Below, one piece after another: positions 34,158 to 43,680 of a stretch of DNA of 64,000 nt (positions are counted from its first letter, which is position 1; each line of letters opens with the position of its first letter). Both the position numbers and the translations under genes were made by a program. The stretch is from an uncultured Phycisphaerales bacterium (GTDB lineage Bacteria > Planctomycetota > Phycisphaerae > Tepidisphaerales > Tepidisphaeraceae), in the NCBI GenBank assembly GCA_963844715.1, contig CAWJPJ010000007.1, positions 64,001-128,000 on the forward strand, given 5' to 3'. Below the pieces are notes generated by a model. The model was not told where the DNA came from. It made no database searches and was given only the letters and a program-made list of their open reading frames with translations.

Positions 34158-34268
34158 CCTCTCCCCGTTCTCCGCTGGTTTCCGAAGGATGGGTGACGGA
34201 CGATTCGCGAAGAAAGAAAAAAGAACCCTCACCCATCCTTCGGAAACCAGCGGAGGACATGGAGAGGG
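34158..34268. repeat. REP-like long hairpin (27-bp perfect stem) between divergent genes
   Basis: CTCCGCTGGTTTCCGAAGGATGGGTGA (34170-34196) pairs with 34229-34255; outer CCCTCTCC...GGAGAGGG arms. Confidence 0.7.
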
Positions 34269-34352
34269 GGTGCAAGGCGAAACCAATGCGCGAATTTTTT
34301 TGACTCCTGTTTTTTGCGAACGGGACCTACAATGCCGGATCAGGAGAAACTC

Positions 34353-35411
34353 ATGTCGCTTAAATCATTGATCGCCACGGGTACGAAACTTTGGTTGGAT
34401 TCGATCGAGCCGGAACTGGTGCGCAAGAATCGGGCGCTGGGGGCGTCGGGGGCGACCAGCAACCCGATCATTATCTCCGGCATCCTCGAGGGCGGCGGGC
34501 AGGATGAGAAAATGATGAGCCTGATCGAACAGGGGCATGACGACACGACGATCGCCTGGGAGATGACGGACCTGCTGGTGAAAGAGGCGCAGGAGGTTTT
34601 CCGGCCGGTGTGGGACCAGACGCGCGGGAATAACGGATATGTGAGCTTTGAACTCGATCCGCTTCTGGAAGATTTGGAGCTGGCGCCCAAGTCGATCGCG
34701 GAGCGGTCGAAGAAATATGTTGAGCTGGGGAAAAAATGGTCGGCTGGACATAAGAACCGGATGATCAAGGTTCCGGCGACGGCCGGGGGGCTGGGGGCGC
34801 TGGAGGAGTTGGCGGCGGCGGGAGTCACGTTGAACGTCACGCTGATCTTCTCGGAGCGGCAATATAAGATCGCGCGGGATTCCATTTGGCGCAGGGCGCA
34901 GCGCCGCGCGGCGGGGTTGGATCAGTTCAAGAGCGTGTACAGCATTTTCGTGAGCCGGGTGGACGTTTATACGGAGAAGTTCGTGCCGGGTCTTTCGCCG
35001 GCGGCGCAGGGATTGGTGGGGATTGTGAACGCGAAGCGATTGTGGCAACTCAATCAGCAGTTTTGGAAGGACAAGGGATTGAGATTGCAGCAGGAGATTA
35101 TTTTTGCCAGCACGGGGACGAAGAAGGCGAGCGATCCGCCGGATAAATATGTGGAAGCGCTGGCGGGGAGCGACATTCAGACGAATCCGCCGGCGACAAA
35201 CGACGCGGTGGAGAAGCTGAATAAGAATTACACGCGGCAGGTGGACAAGATGCCGGCTCAGGCGATCCTCGACGAGATCGACGCGAAAGTGGATCAGCAG
35301 AAGATGGAAGATCAGTTGATGAAAGAAGGAGCGGCGAAGTTTGCTGATCCGCATAAAGCGTTGTTGAAGTTGATTGGGGAAAAGAGGGGACATCTTACTG
35401 CGGCGAAGTAA
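34353..35411 (+). CDS. tal: Transaldolase
   Basis: [58 protein letters not shown]. Confidence 0.92.
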   Translation: MSLKSLIATGTKLWLDSIEPELVRKNRALGASGATSNPIIISGILEGGGQDEKMMSLIEQGHDDTTIAWEMTDLLVKEAQEVFRPVWDQTRGNNGYVSFELDPLLEDLELAPKSIAERSKKYVELGKKWSAGHKNRMIKVPATAGGLGALEELAAAGVTLNVTLIFSERQYKIARDSIWRRAQRRAAGLDQFKSVYSIFVSRVDVYTEKFVPGLSPAAQGLVGIVNAKRLWQLNQQFWKDKGLRLQQEIIFASTGTKKASDPPDKYVEALAGSDIQTNPPATNDAVEKLNKNYTRQVDKMPAQAILDEIDAKVDQQKMEDQLMKEGAAKFADPHKALLKLIGEKRGHLTAAK

Positions 35412-35548
35412 ACCAGAAACCCGAAACCAGAATGACGAATCAAATCCGAATGACCGAATGACCAAATTGGGAGCGATGCGTTTGGGTCATTCGTCATTTG
35501 GGCTTTCGGGTTTGATTCTGGTTTCTGGTTTCGTCATTCGGATTTGGC
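35412..35548. repeat. Heptamer-built imperfect palindromic repeat, copy 2
   Basis: accagaaacccgaaaccagaatgacgaat...gaatgac tandem units with complementary gtcattc/ctggtttc arms; lies between convergent tal and GH4 genes. Confidence 0.7.
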
Positions 35549-36913
35549 TCGCTGCCAGCTTTTTCGGCAATCCTCGGTGCTAATTTTGGGGAATTGCTTA
35601 CCACTTGTCGGCACGAGCGTTGGGGCATTCAGCTTTGGCAGGCAGTCGCCGTGGGCGGCTATGAGTTCGTCGCAGAGTTCTACGATTTTATCGAGCGTTA
35701 GGGTGGCGGCGGTGAGGGGGTCGAACATGACGGCTTGATAGACGTCGTCGCGGCGATTCTCGGCGGCGGCGCGGAGGAAGAGTTCGTGCTGGGTGACGTG
35801 GGGTTGGATGTAGCCGATGAGCTGCGGGGGGAGGGGGCCTACGGGGGAGAGGCGGGGGCCTTGGGAATCGACGGGGGTGGGGGCTTCGGCGATGGAGTCG
35901 GGCGGGAGATTGGCGATGGTGCCGCGGTTGGGCATGTTGCCGTAGACGAGGGAGGGGCGGGCGGTGACCATGGAATCGATAATCGTTGCGCCGTATTCGC
36001 CGCTGCGGTAAATGGAGACGGGCTGGTCGGACTGGGCGCACTGCTTGAGTTTTTGGAATTCGGCGATGTTGCTCTCACAACGGCGGAGATATTCGTCGAT
36101 TGGAATTGCGTATTGCCGGATGACGTCGGGGCCGTGGGGGATGAACCAGGGGTTGTACTCGGCGTTGTGCTCGGAGCTTTCGGTGACGTAATAGCCGAGG
36201 CGTTTCATGAGTTCGAAGCGGACGGGGTTGGATTTGAATATATCGAATCGCTCCATGGCGGCGAAGAGGCGCGGGTAGAGATCTTCGCGGGATTTTTGGA
36301 GCTTGAGATAGAAGGCCATGTGATTGATGCCGGCGCAGAGGAAATCGCATTTTTCGGGGTCTTCGCCGAGGTATTCCATGAGCTGGTTGAAGGTGTTCTG
36401 GACGCTATGGCAGAGGCCGACGGCGCGGGATTGGCCGGCGTGGGCGATCGTGCGCATGTTCATGCTGAGGGGATTGGAATAATTGAGCAGCCAGGCGTTG
36501 GGGCAAATTTCCTGCATGTCATGGCAGAGTTTCTGGAGCATGGGGAAGGTTCGCAGGGCGCGGAAGATTCCGCCGGGGCCGGTGGTATCGGCGATGGTGA
36601 AACGGAGCCCGTATTTTCGGCAGATTTCGAAGTCGATGAGGGTGGAATCGAACCCGCCGATCTGGCTCATGTTGATGACGAAGTCCGCGCCGGCCAGGGC
36701 CTGGCGCAGATCGAGCGTGGATTCGATTTTGGGGTCGGCCTTAAGAGCGGCGGCGACTTTGCGGCAGATGGCGGTTCCCACGGCGAGGCGCTCGGGATCG
36801 ACATCCATATAGCAGAGCGTGGCGTCGCGCAGGGCGGGGCAGGCGAGGATGTCGCCGGTGAGATTCTTGGAGAAGACGACGCTGCCGGCGCCGACCATGA
36901 CGATTTTAACCAA
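35534..36913 (-). CDS. melA: Glycoside hydrolase family 4, alpha-galactosidase (MelA-like)
   Basis: KIVMVGAGS, ADTTGPGGIFRALRT, LLNYSNP, VGLCHS, AGINHMAF, TESSEHNAEY; TTG start with GGAGG RBS. Substrate specificity within GH4 is inferred. Confidence 0.85.
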   Translation of the reverse strand: MVKIVMVGAGSVVFSKNLTGDILACPALRDATLCYMDVDPERLAVGTAICRKVAAALKADPKIESTLDLRQALAGADFVINMSQIGGFDSTLIDFEICRKYGLRFTIADTTGPGGIFRALRTFPMLQKLCHDMQEICPNAWLLNYSNPLSMNMRTIAHAGQSRAVGLCHSVQNTFNQLMEYLGEDPEKCDFLCAGINHMAFYLKLQKSREDLYPRLFAAMERFDIFKSNPVRFELMKRLGYYVTESSEHNAEYNPWFIPHGPDVIRQYAIPIDEYLRRCESNIAEFQKLKQCAQSDQPVSIYRSGEYGATIIDSMVTARPSLVYGNMPNRGTIANLPPDSIAEAPTPVDSQGPRLSPVGPLPPQLIGYIQPHVTQHELFLRAAAENRRDDVYQAVMFDPLTAATLTLDKIVELCDELIAAHGDCLPKLNAPTLVPTSGKQFPKISTEDCRKSWQRAKSE

Positions 36914-36967
36914 GCCGATCCTCCGTTGACCGACGTGTATTAGGGTATCGTGGGGCGGGGCGGATGC

Positions 36968-37003
36968 AAAAAAGAAAGCCGGGGGATGAGAATCCCTCGG
37001 CTT
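36968..37003 (-). terminator. Intrinsic terminator after the last TadG-like gene
   Basis: Minus strand AAGCCGAGGGA-TTCTCA-TCCCCCGGCTT followed by TCTTTTTT. Confidence 0.75.
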
Positions 37004-37025
37004 ATTTGTCGGGTCCGACGGGGGA

Positions 37026-38689
37026 TTATTGAACCAGGTCGACCTGGAACACGTTGATGGTGATGCCGGTGAAGGCGCCGGTGTTGTTGGCCCATTCCTG
37101 GCCGTCCATGGTACCCAGGTAGAAGCGGCCGGCATTGGCCGGAACTACGATGCTCTGCTGCGCGCCACGGACACCGTTGTTGGTCTGGCCGCTGCCGGTG
37201 TAGAAGACTTGCTGAACGGACGGTCCAATCTGGTCATAGTTGCGGGCGGTCTCGTTAGTGAAGTCATATCCGGGGGGCGCCTTGGTTCCCAACGGTTGCG
37301 GAGCGGTGTTCCCGTCCGTCGGCACCGGCGGCAGAAATACGCCCATCATCGAATTGAGCGGGGCCGCGACGTTAGACAGGTTATTCTCGCTGCCTTGAAT
37401 CACATCGTCATCGCCGGAACTCGTCAAAAGATTCGTCGTCTCGGCTGAAGACTTATTTCCGATGCTGTCTTTCGTCGCATCCCAGGTGTTGTTTGCCTGC
37501 GGATCGTTATTGTAGGCCGCGTATTGTTGCATCGCGCCGGCGTCATTAGTGGGAATGGCGCCGACGTCCTCGTATATTTCGGAAGTGGTGGGGGCGTTGC
37601 CATCGACATAACCGTTGGCATCGGTTGTTACGGGGTTATTTGAGTTGACGACCTCATTAAGAGTCGAGCCGGAGGTTGGCAGAGGGGCGCTAATCTGAAT
37701 TACTTCGCCCGCCTGAAGCGGGATGTCCGCTCCGGAGCCGGTCTCCACCTCCAAGGGCGATTCGGACGTATCGGGAAGACTCGTTAGCGGATTAATCGTA
37801 GTGTACGTGGGATCGCCTTTCGCATTGTTCGGACCTGTAATGTTCCCTCCCACGGGGCCGGCCATGTCGTATTCAAGGGGGTGGGCTATCGCGTCGGCTT
37901 CGCTTGCGTCGTCTTGATAAATTTCGTCTGTTTCGACTGGTAGTTTGTTGACGGTTGTCTGTTGCAGTTTATCGTCTTGATTGAAGTCCTCGGTCGGCAA
38001 CTCAGGAGCGCTTGCGTAGGTTCCCTTCTGGGGGTCAGTGGGGTCAAATGGCGGCGCTCCAGCGAGGTAAGGATTGTATCTGCCCATGACTGTCTGGGGG
38101 GCAACCCCGTTGTTGGAATTATTGTTCGGGCCGTCATTTGGATTGCCATCGGTCAGGTTGGCGACGGCGGCAATGGACGAGCAATAGACGTCGTCGGTAC
38201 TGATTCCGAGAACCGCGGTGAACAAAAGGGGAATCGGATCACTGTTGGGAGTGATTCGGCGCGCCAAACCTGCACGGCGTTCGTCGGTGAACCACCGGCG
38301 ACGAATGTTTGCGTTTGAAAGTTCCAATTGCCGATCTGGAGGTCGCCGCTATTGGTGCTGACGTCGTCGACGTTGAACTTGGTGCTGTCCATGACCTGGC
38401 CGTCCACCGTCGAATTATTCATCACAGCGACGACGGCGCTCACGGCGTCGGTGGTGTCGGTGAAGCCGCCAGTATTGGTCCAACCGCCGCCATCGAGGAG
38501 CGCCGAGGCGCCGGCCCTGGCGGCGGAATCGGCGGCGCGGCGGAGTTCGGACTTGGCGGCCTGTACGCGCCCCATGTCCACGGCCAAACCCATCAGCGCC
38601 ACCAGAACAACCATGCAGACGCTCAGGTAGACGATAACCATCCCGCCCCGGCGGCGCGCACGGTGACTTAATTTGTTGCGACGTGTCAT
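37026..38689 (-). CDS. TadG-like prepilin-like protein A with expanded LecA-like C-terminal domain; frameshift near 38270
   Basis: RRRG|GMVIVY...MGLAVDMGRVQAAKSELRRAADSAARAG; continues in ORF 37026..38327 ending LGTMDGQEWANNTGAFTGITINVFQVDLVQ. Confidence 0.82.
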
Positions 38690-38827
38690 AAGTGCATACC
38701 CCATCCGAACGGGGAGTATGCACTGCGACTGGCTTACGGTTTAGAAAATTGCGCAGTTTTTGCAGGCTCGGACCGATTGAGTCCGAGAATTTGGGCAGGA
38801 TATATGGGACGTAGGGGAAAAAGGCGG

Positions 38828-38903
38828 GTAGTTGCCAGTTGTTAGTCGCCAGCTGCCGGTGGAGAGAGGGTCTTCGCCGGCAACCGGCAACTCGCAACCG
38901 GCA
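38828..38903. repeat. Second heptamer palindromic repeat type (GTTGCCA / GCAACCG)
   Basis: gtagttgccagttgttagtcgccagctgccgg ... ccggcaaccggcaactcgcaaccggc, just downstream of the TadG-like B stop codon. Confidence 0.55.
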
Positions 38904-38913
38904 GATGGTTTTC

Positions 38914-40281
38914 TTACTGCACGGTCACGATCTGAAATTGGGTGATGGTGACGTTGAAACCGCCGATGTTGTTGCTCCATTCGTGGCCGTCCATGGTGCC
39001 GAGATAGAGCTGGGTGGCTCCGGAGGGGACGACGATGGTCTGCTGCGCCGAGGTGCTGGTTTGGCCGGTGCCGACGTAGAAGGTTTGGAAGTCCTGGGGC
39101 TGGATGGAGGTATAGTCGCGCTCGGACTGGGTACTGAAATCGAGTCCGGGCGGAACGGTGGTATTGGCGGTGTAGGTTGCGCTGGAGGCGCTGTACGTGT
39201 CGTTGGCCGCGCCGTTCTGGAAGACGCCGACGAGGGAATTGATCGGCGTGTTGATGTTCGACATGCCGTGCTCTTCGCCCTGCGCGTCGGAGGCGGAGCT
39301 GGAATTACCGGCGCCGACGTCGTTGGGTCCGCTGTATCCCGGGGGCGGAGAATAACTATTGGGGTTCGAGTTGGCGCCATAATAGGCGGCGGCGTCGTTG
39401 GCGTAGGAGTTGTAGCTGGGACCGCCGTTGGCGTAGGTATTGGTGGTACCGCCGTCCAGATATCCCTCATTGTTCGATTCATCGCTGGAATCGGTGGGAA
39501 CGGAAATCTGAATGATCGAGTCGGGAGCGACCGTCAGGCTGTAGAGGGACGGAGACGCCCAGGGCTCGTTGTTGGTATCGTCGGTTGATTCGACTTTGCT
39601 GGAGTCGGCATTGACGCTGCTGGAAGTATCGGCGGGGCTGCCATTGGTGGCGCTGGGATTGGCGACGTCGTACTCCCAGGGGTGGGTGGTGTTTTTGTTG
39701 GGGTTGTCGTAGGCGGGATCGGGCACGCTGGCCAGAGTTCCCTTGGGTTCACCGGCGAGCCAGGGATTGGCGTGCGCGGAGACATACATGGTCACAGGCG
39801 CCTGGACGGTGACGAGGGCCGCGGTTGAGGAAGCCCAGACGTCGACGGTGGTGACGCCAATGAGTCTTCCGAAGAGGGTTGAGATTGGGTTGCCGTTGGC
39901 GGTGGTGCGGCGAGCGTAGACACAGACGGCGTTGTTGGGGGTGCCGCCGTTGGTGAAAGTCGCCGTGGTGCTGTTCCAGTTTCCGATCTGGATGTCGGTG
40001 GAGGCGTTGAGCGTGATGGTGGCGCCATCGACGGTATTTTGCGCCGCGATATTGATGGCGGCGTTCTGGGCGGCGGTGGTGCCGCTGCCGAGATTGGCGA
40101 CGGCGGCGCGGGCGGCGGCGTCGGCGACGCGATGGAGTTCGGTCTTGACGGTCTGGGCGCGGGCCATGTCGACGGCCAGGCCAAGCATCGCGATGAGCGC
40201 GGTCATGGTGAGCAGCACGTAGACGTAGACGGCGCCGCGGCGGCCGGTAAACCGGGATGATTTGATTTTCAGTGTGTTCAT
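38914..40281 (-). CDS. TadG-like prepilin-like protein B with LecA-like C-terminal domain (intact)
   Basis: RRG|AVYVYVLL..LGLAVDMARAQTVKTELHRVADAAARAA; C-terminal NSLVGVF...LGTMDGHEWSNNIGGFNVTITQFQIVTVQ; GGAG RBS. Confidence 0.88.
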   Translation of the reverse strand: MNTLKIKSSRFTGRRGAVYVYVLLTMTALIAMLGLAVDMARAQTVKTELHRVADAAARAAVANLGSGTTAAQNAAINIAAQNTVDGATITLNASTDIQIGNWNSTTATFTNGGTPNNAVCVYARRTTANGNPISTLFGRLIGVTTVDVWASSTAALVTVQAPVTMYVSAHANPWLAGEPKGTLASVPDPAYDNPNKNTTHPWEYDVANPSATNGSPADTSSSVNADSSKVESTDDTNNEPWASPSLYSLTVAPDSIIQISVPTDSSDESNNEGYLDGGTTNTYANGGPSYNSYANDAAAYYGANSNPNSYSPPPGYSGPNDVGAGNSSSASDAQGEEHGMSNINTPINSLVGVFQNGAANDTYSASSATYTANTTVPPGLDFSTQSERDYTSIQPQDFQTFYVGTGQTSTSAQQTIVVPSGATQLYLGTMDGHEWSNNIGGFNVTITQFQIVTVQ

Positions 40282-40500
40282 GAATTCTCCCCGGCAGTGA
40301 TCGGAATTACGAGGCCGCCGCTTGATCAGAATTTGGTCACGCATGGGTTACCATCCTCAGCGCGAGGAATATTATTGGACCGACCGCCGGCCTCGGCGCG
40401 ATCTGTAGCCGCGCTGACGATCAGATACGATTAAAAATTTGCGAAGTCCAATGGATCAAATTTCGCGCGAAAATCGGGTTTTTCTGACGGTTCGTCCGCG

Positions 40501-41683
40501 TCATTGGACGGTGACGACCTGGTAATCGGTGATGGTGACGCTATAGCTGCCGGAGTTGTTGCTGTTTTCGTGGCCGTCCATGCTGCCCAGAAACATGCGC
40601 GTCGCGCCGCTGGGGACGTTGATGTATTGCTGAGCGGAGCCCGCGGCGGAACTGGTGGTTCCGGTGCCGGCATAGAAAGTCTGCTGGAGCTGAGGGGAAA
40701 CGGAGGTGTAGTCGCGTTCGGTCTGCGTGGAGAAATCGAGGGGCGTGGGGGCGGTGCCGCCGTCGGGGGTACTGCTGTTGAGAAAGACGCCGACCATGGA
40801 ATCGCCGGGGACGTCGATGTCGGACATGCCGTGTTCCGAGACGCCGTCGGCCGCTTCGTCATCGTCCATTCCGATGGTGCCGCCTGAGGTCTTATCGACG
40901 CCGTTGGCTTCGCCCTCGTCGTCGCCCGGTCCCTTTAATACGGTGCCGCTGACGCCGGTGAGGGTGATGACGTCGCCGGGATTGACGGTAAAATTCACCT
41001 GCAAAGGCGAAGCATAGGGTTCGCCGGTTGCGTAGTCGGTTGACCAGTTCTTGCTCGAATCAGTCCCGCCATAGGTTCCCGCGAGGTCGTATTTCCACTC
41101 GTGCTGCGCGTCGGCGTATTCGGAGTCGGGCACGCTGGCTGAAGTTCCCGCCGGCTCGCCGGCGAGCCAGATATTCGAGGTGCCGTTGACGGTGCCGGTC
41201 ATGCTATGTTGCAGGACCAGGGCGGCGGTGGAGACGGCCCAGACGTCGACGGTATTGACGCCGATCAATGAGCCGAAAAGCAGCGACAAGGGATTACCGT
41301 TGGCGGTGGTGCGCCGGGCGTAGACTGCGCACTGCGTTGTACGGAGTGGCGCCGCTGGTGAACGTGGAGGTCGAGGTGTTCCAGTTTCCGATCTGAATGT
41401 CGTTGGTGGTGCTGAGCGTGATGGTCGCGCCGTCGACGGTGTTTTGCGCGGCGATGTGGACCGCGGCGTTCTGCGCGGCGGTGGTGCTGGTGGAGAGATT
41501 GGCGACGGCCGCGCGGGCGGCGGCGTCAGCGACGCGGCGCAGCTCGGTCTTTACGGTCTGGGTGCGGGCAAGGTCCACCGCCAGTCCGAGCAGGCTGCAC
41601 AGCGCCGTCATGGTAATTAGCGTGTAAATCATCGCGATGCCGCGACGATTATTTAATTTTCCAGACCCACGGTAAGCTTGCAC
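40501..41683 (-). CDS. TadG-like prepilin-like protein C with LecA-like C-terminal domain; frameshift near 41325
   Basis: RRG|IAMIYTL..LGLAVDLARTQTVKTELRRVADAAARAA; continues in ORF 40501..41289 with VNPGDVITL and MDGHENSNNSGSYSVTI. Confidence 0.85.
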
Positions 41684-41796
41684 AGTTAATCCACCTCTGT
41701 CGCCACAATCGGATAAAGGCGGCCCGTGCTTTATCGTGGTAAGTAATTTTTTAACATAGATAAAGTTAAGATGGGCGGTGTTTTTGCAGAGAATGG

Positions 41797-43677
41797 TTAA
41801 TTGGGCAATTCCTGCACAAATTGCCGGTAGAGCTGGGCGTATTTTCCGTTGGATTCCAAAAGCTGACGATGGGTGCCACGTTCGATAATGCGGCCGGCGT
41901 CGATCACCAGAATGACATCGGCGCGCATGATCGTGCTGAGACGATGGGCGACGATGAATGTGGTGCGTCCTTCCAATAACTTTTCCAAGGATCGTTGCAC
42001 GAAAAGTTCCGTGGCGGTGTCAACGGCGCTGGTGGCTTCATCGAGCATGAAAATGCGCGGGTCGGCGAGGAAGGCGCGGGTGAAGCAGATCAATTGCCGC
42101 TGGCCCAGCGACATATTGGCGCCGCGCTCGCCGACATCGGATTGGAAGCCTTCGGCCAGAGTCATGATTGAGTCGTATGAACCGATGGCCCTGGCGGCGG
42201 CGATGACCTGCTCTTCGGTCGCCGAGGGACGGGCGTAGCGGATGTTGTCCATGACGGTGCCGCTGAAGAGATAATTCACCTGAAGGACCAGGCCCATCTG
42301 GCGGTGGAGGGTATCGCCGACGGCATGGCGGATGTCGAAACCGTCGACGAGGATTTTGCCCTGCTGCGGCTGATAGAAGCGGGCGATGAGGGAGATGATG
42401 CTGCTTTTTCCACTGCCGGTGGCGCCGACGAGGGCGACCATTTGCCCGGGCTGGGCATCGAAGTCGACGTCGTGCAGGACGGGGCGCTGGGGGTTGTAGC
42501 CGAAGGTGACTTTTTCGAATCGGACTTCACCGCGGAGCCGGGGGAGCGTGACGGCATCGGGCAGGTCGTGAACTTCGGGCTCCATTTCGAGCAAACCGAA
42601 GACCCGCTCGGCGCCGGCCATGGCCATCATGAGGGTGTTGTAGAACGCGCCCAGGGTGATGACGGGGTTCATGAACCAGTCCCAGTAGAGATACATCGCC
42701 AGGACGGACCCGACGCCGCGGTCGCCGAGGCGGCGTGACGCCATGAGATAGCCGCCGTAGAGAAGGATGATGAGCCGCCCGCAAAAGCGGATGACCTCGA
42801 GCATCGGCTGGTAGATGCCGTTGAGGCGAGCGGCGGCCATGTTGTTCATGGTGTTGATGTTCTGGAGATTGTTGAAGACGCCGAGGTTGGGGTCCTGGCG
42901 GTTGAAGGCGGTCACAACGCGCATGCCGGTGATGTTCTCGGCGAGATTGCTGGAGACGCGCGTGAAGCCCTCGCGCGCGATCTGATAGATGACGGCGGCG
43001 CGGCGATGATAGTGTCGCGTGAGGACGTAGAGGATCGGGGCGAGCCAGACGACGGAGAGGAACAATCTGGCGTTTTCGTGCAGCATGTAGAAGGCGGCGA
43101 CGAGCATGATGAGCCCGTTGGAGACGATCTGCCAGATGCCCCAGACGTTGACTTCGCGGAGGCTGCTGACGTCGGTGGTGCAGCGGCTGATAATGCGGCC
43201 GAGCTTGGTGCGGTCGTAGAAGTTCATGGAGAGCCGCTGGAGCTGGCGGAAGATGCGTTCTCGGAACTGGAACTGGACGCTTTCGCCGGCGCGGGTGAGG
43301 GTGAGGAGTGAATATCGCTGGAGGACGACGGAGCCGGCAAAGACCAGGGCCCACCAGCCGATGATGGTGGCGACATGGCGGGACGCCGCGGCAACGGAAA
43401 CGCCGGGATCCTTTCCGGCGACGTAATCCAGGCCGTAATTGCTGATCGCCTTGATGAACTGCGGGCCCTGCATGTCGAGCAGGACGAAGCCGATGCCCAG
43501 GGTGATCCCGACGATATATGCCTTACGGAACGGCCGCAGGGAGCGGAGCAGTTTCTTCACCAGCGGCCACTGAATCGGGCGGTAACGGTCCTCATCCTCG
43601 GATTGAATTTGCCCCGACGCGACAACCGCCGCGGTGGCGGTTTTATTGCGTCGCTTTGTCCAATTCAGGACGGTCAT
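41797..43677 (-). CDS. Heterodimeric ABC exporter subunit (TM288-like: canonical Walker B Glu, degenerate signature)
   Basis: TMD + NBD; GATGSGKS, signature MSLGQRQ, Walker B MLDEAT, AHRLST. Confidence 0.92.
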   Translation of the reverse strand: MTVLNWTKRRNKTATAAVVASGQIQSEDEDRYRPIQWPLVKKLLRSLRPFRKAYIVGITLGIGFVLLDMQGPQFIKAISNYGLDYVAGKDPGVSVAAASRHVATIIGWWALVFAGSVVLQRYSLLTLTRAGESVQFQFRERIFRQLQRLSMNFYDRTKLGRIISRCTTDVSSLREVNVWGIWQIVSNGLIMLVAAFYMLHENARLFLSVVWLAPILYVLTRHYHRRAAVIYQIAREGFTRVSSNLAENITGMRVVTAFNRQDPNLGVFNNLQNINTMNNMAAARLNGIYQPMLEVIRFCGRLIILLYGGYLMASRRLGDRGVGSVLAMYLYWDWFMNPVITLGAFYNTLMMAMAGAERVFGLLEMEPEVHDLPDAVTLPRLRGEVRFEKVTFGYNPQRPVLHDVDFDAQPGQMVALVGATGSGKSSIISLIARFYQPQQGKILVDGFDIRHAVGDTLHRQMGLVLQVNYLFSGTVMDNIRYARPSATEEQVIAAARAIGSYDSIMTLAEGFQSDVGERGANMSLGQRQLICFTRAFLADPRIFMLDEATSAVDTATELFVQRSLEKLLEGRTTFIVAHRLSTIMRADVILVIDAGRIIERGTHRQLLESNGKYAQLYRQFVQELPN

Positions 43678-43680
43678 GGT

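Noticed and set aside
37026..41683. Diversity-generating retroelement or invertible shufflon acting on the pilin paralogs
   Set aside because: No reverse transcriptase or recombinase nearby, no template/variable repeat pair differing only at adenines was seen, and all three genes have their own N-termini in the same orientation.
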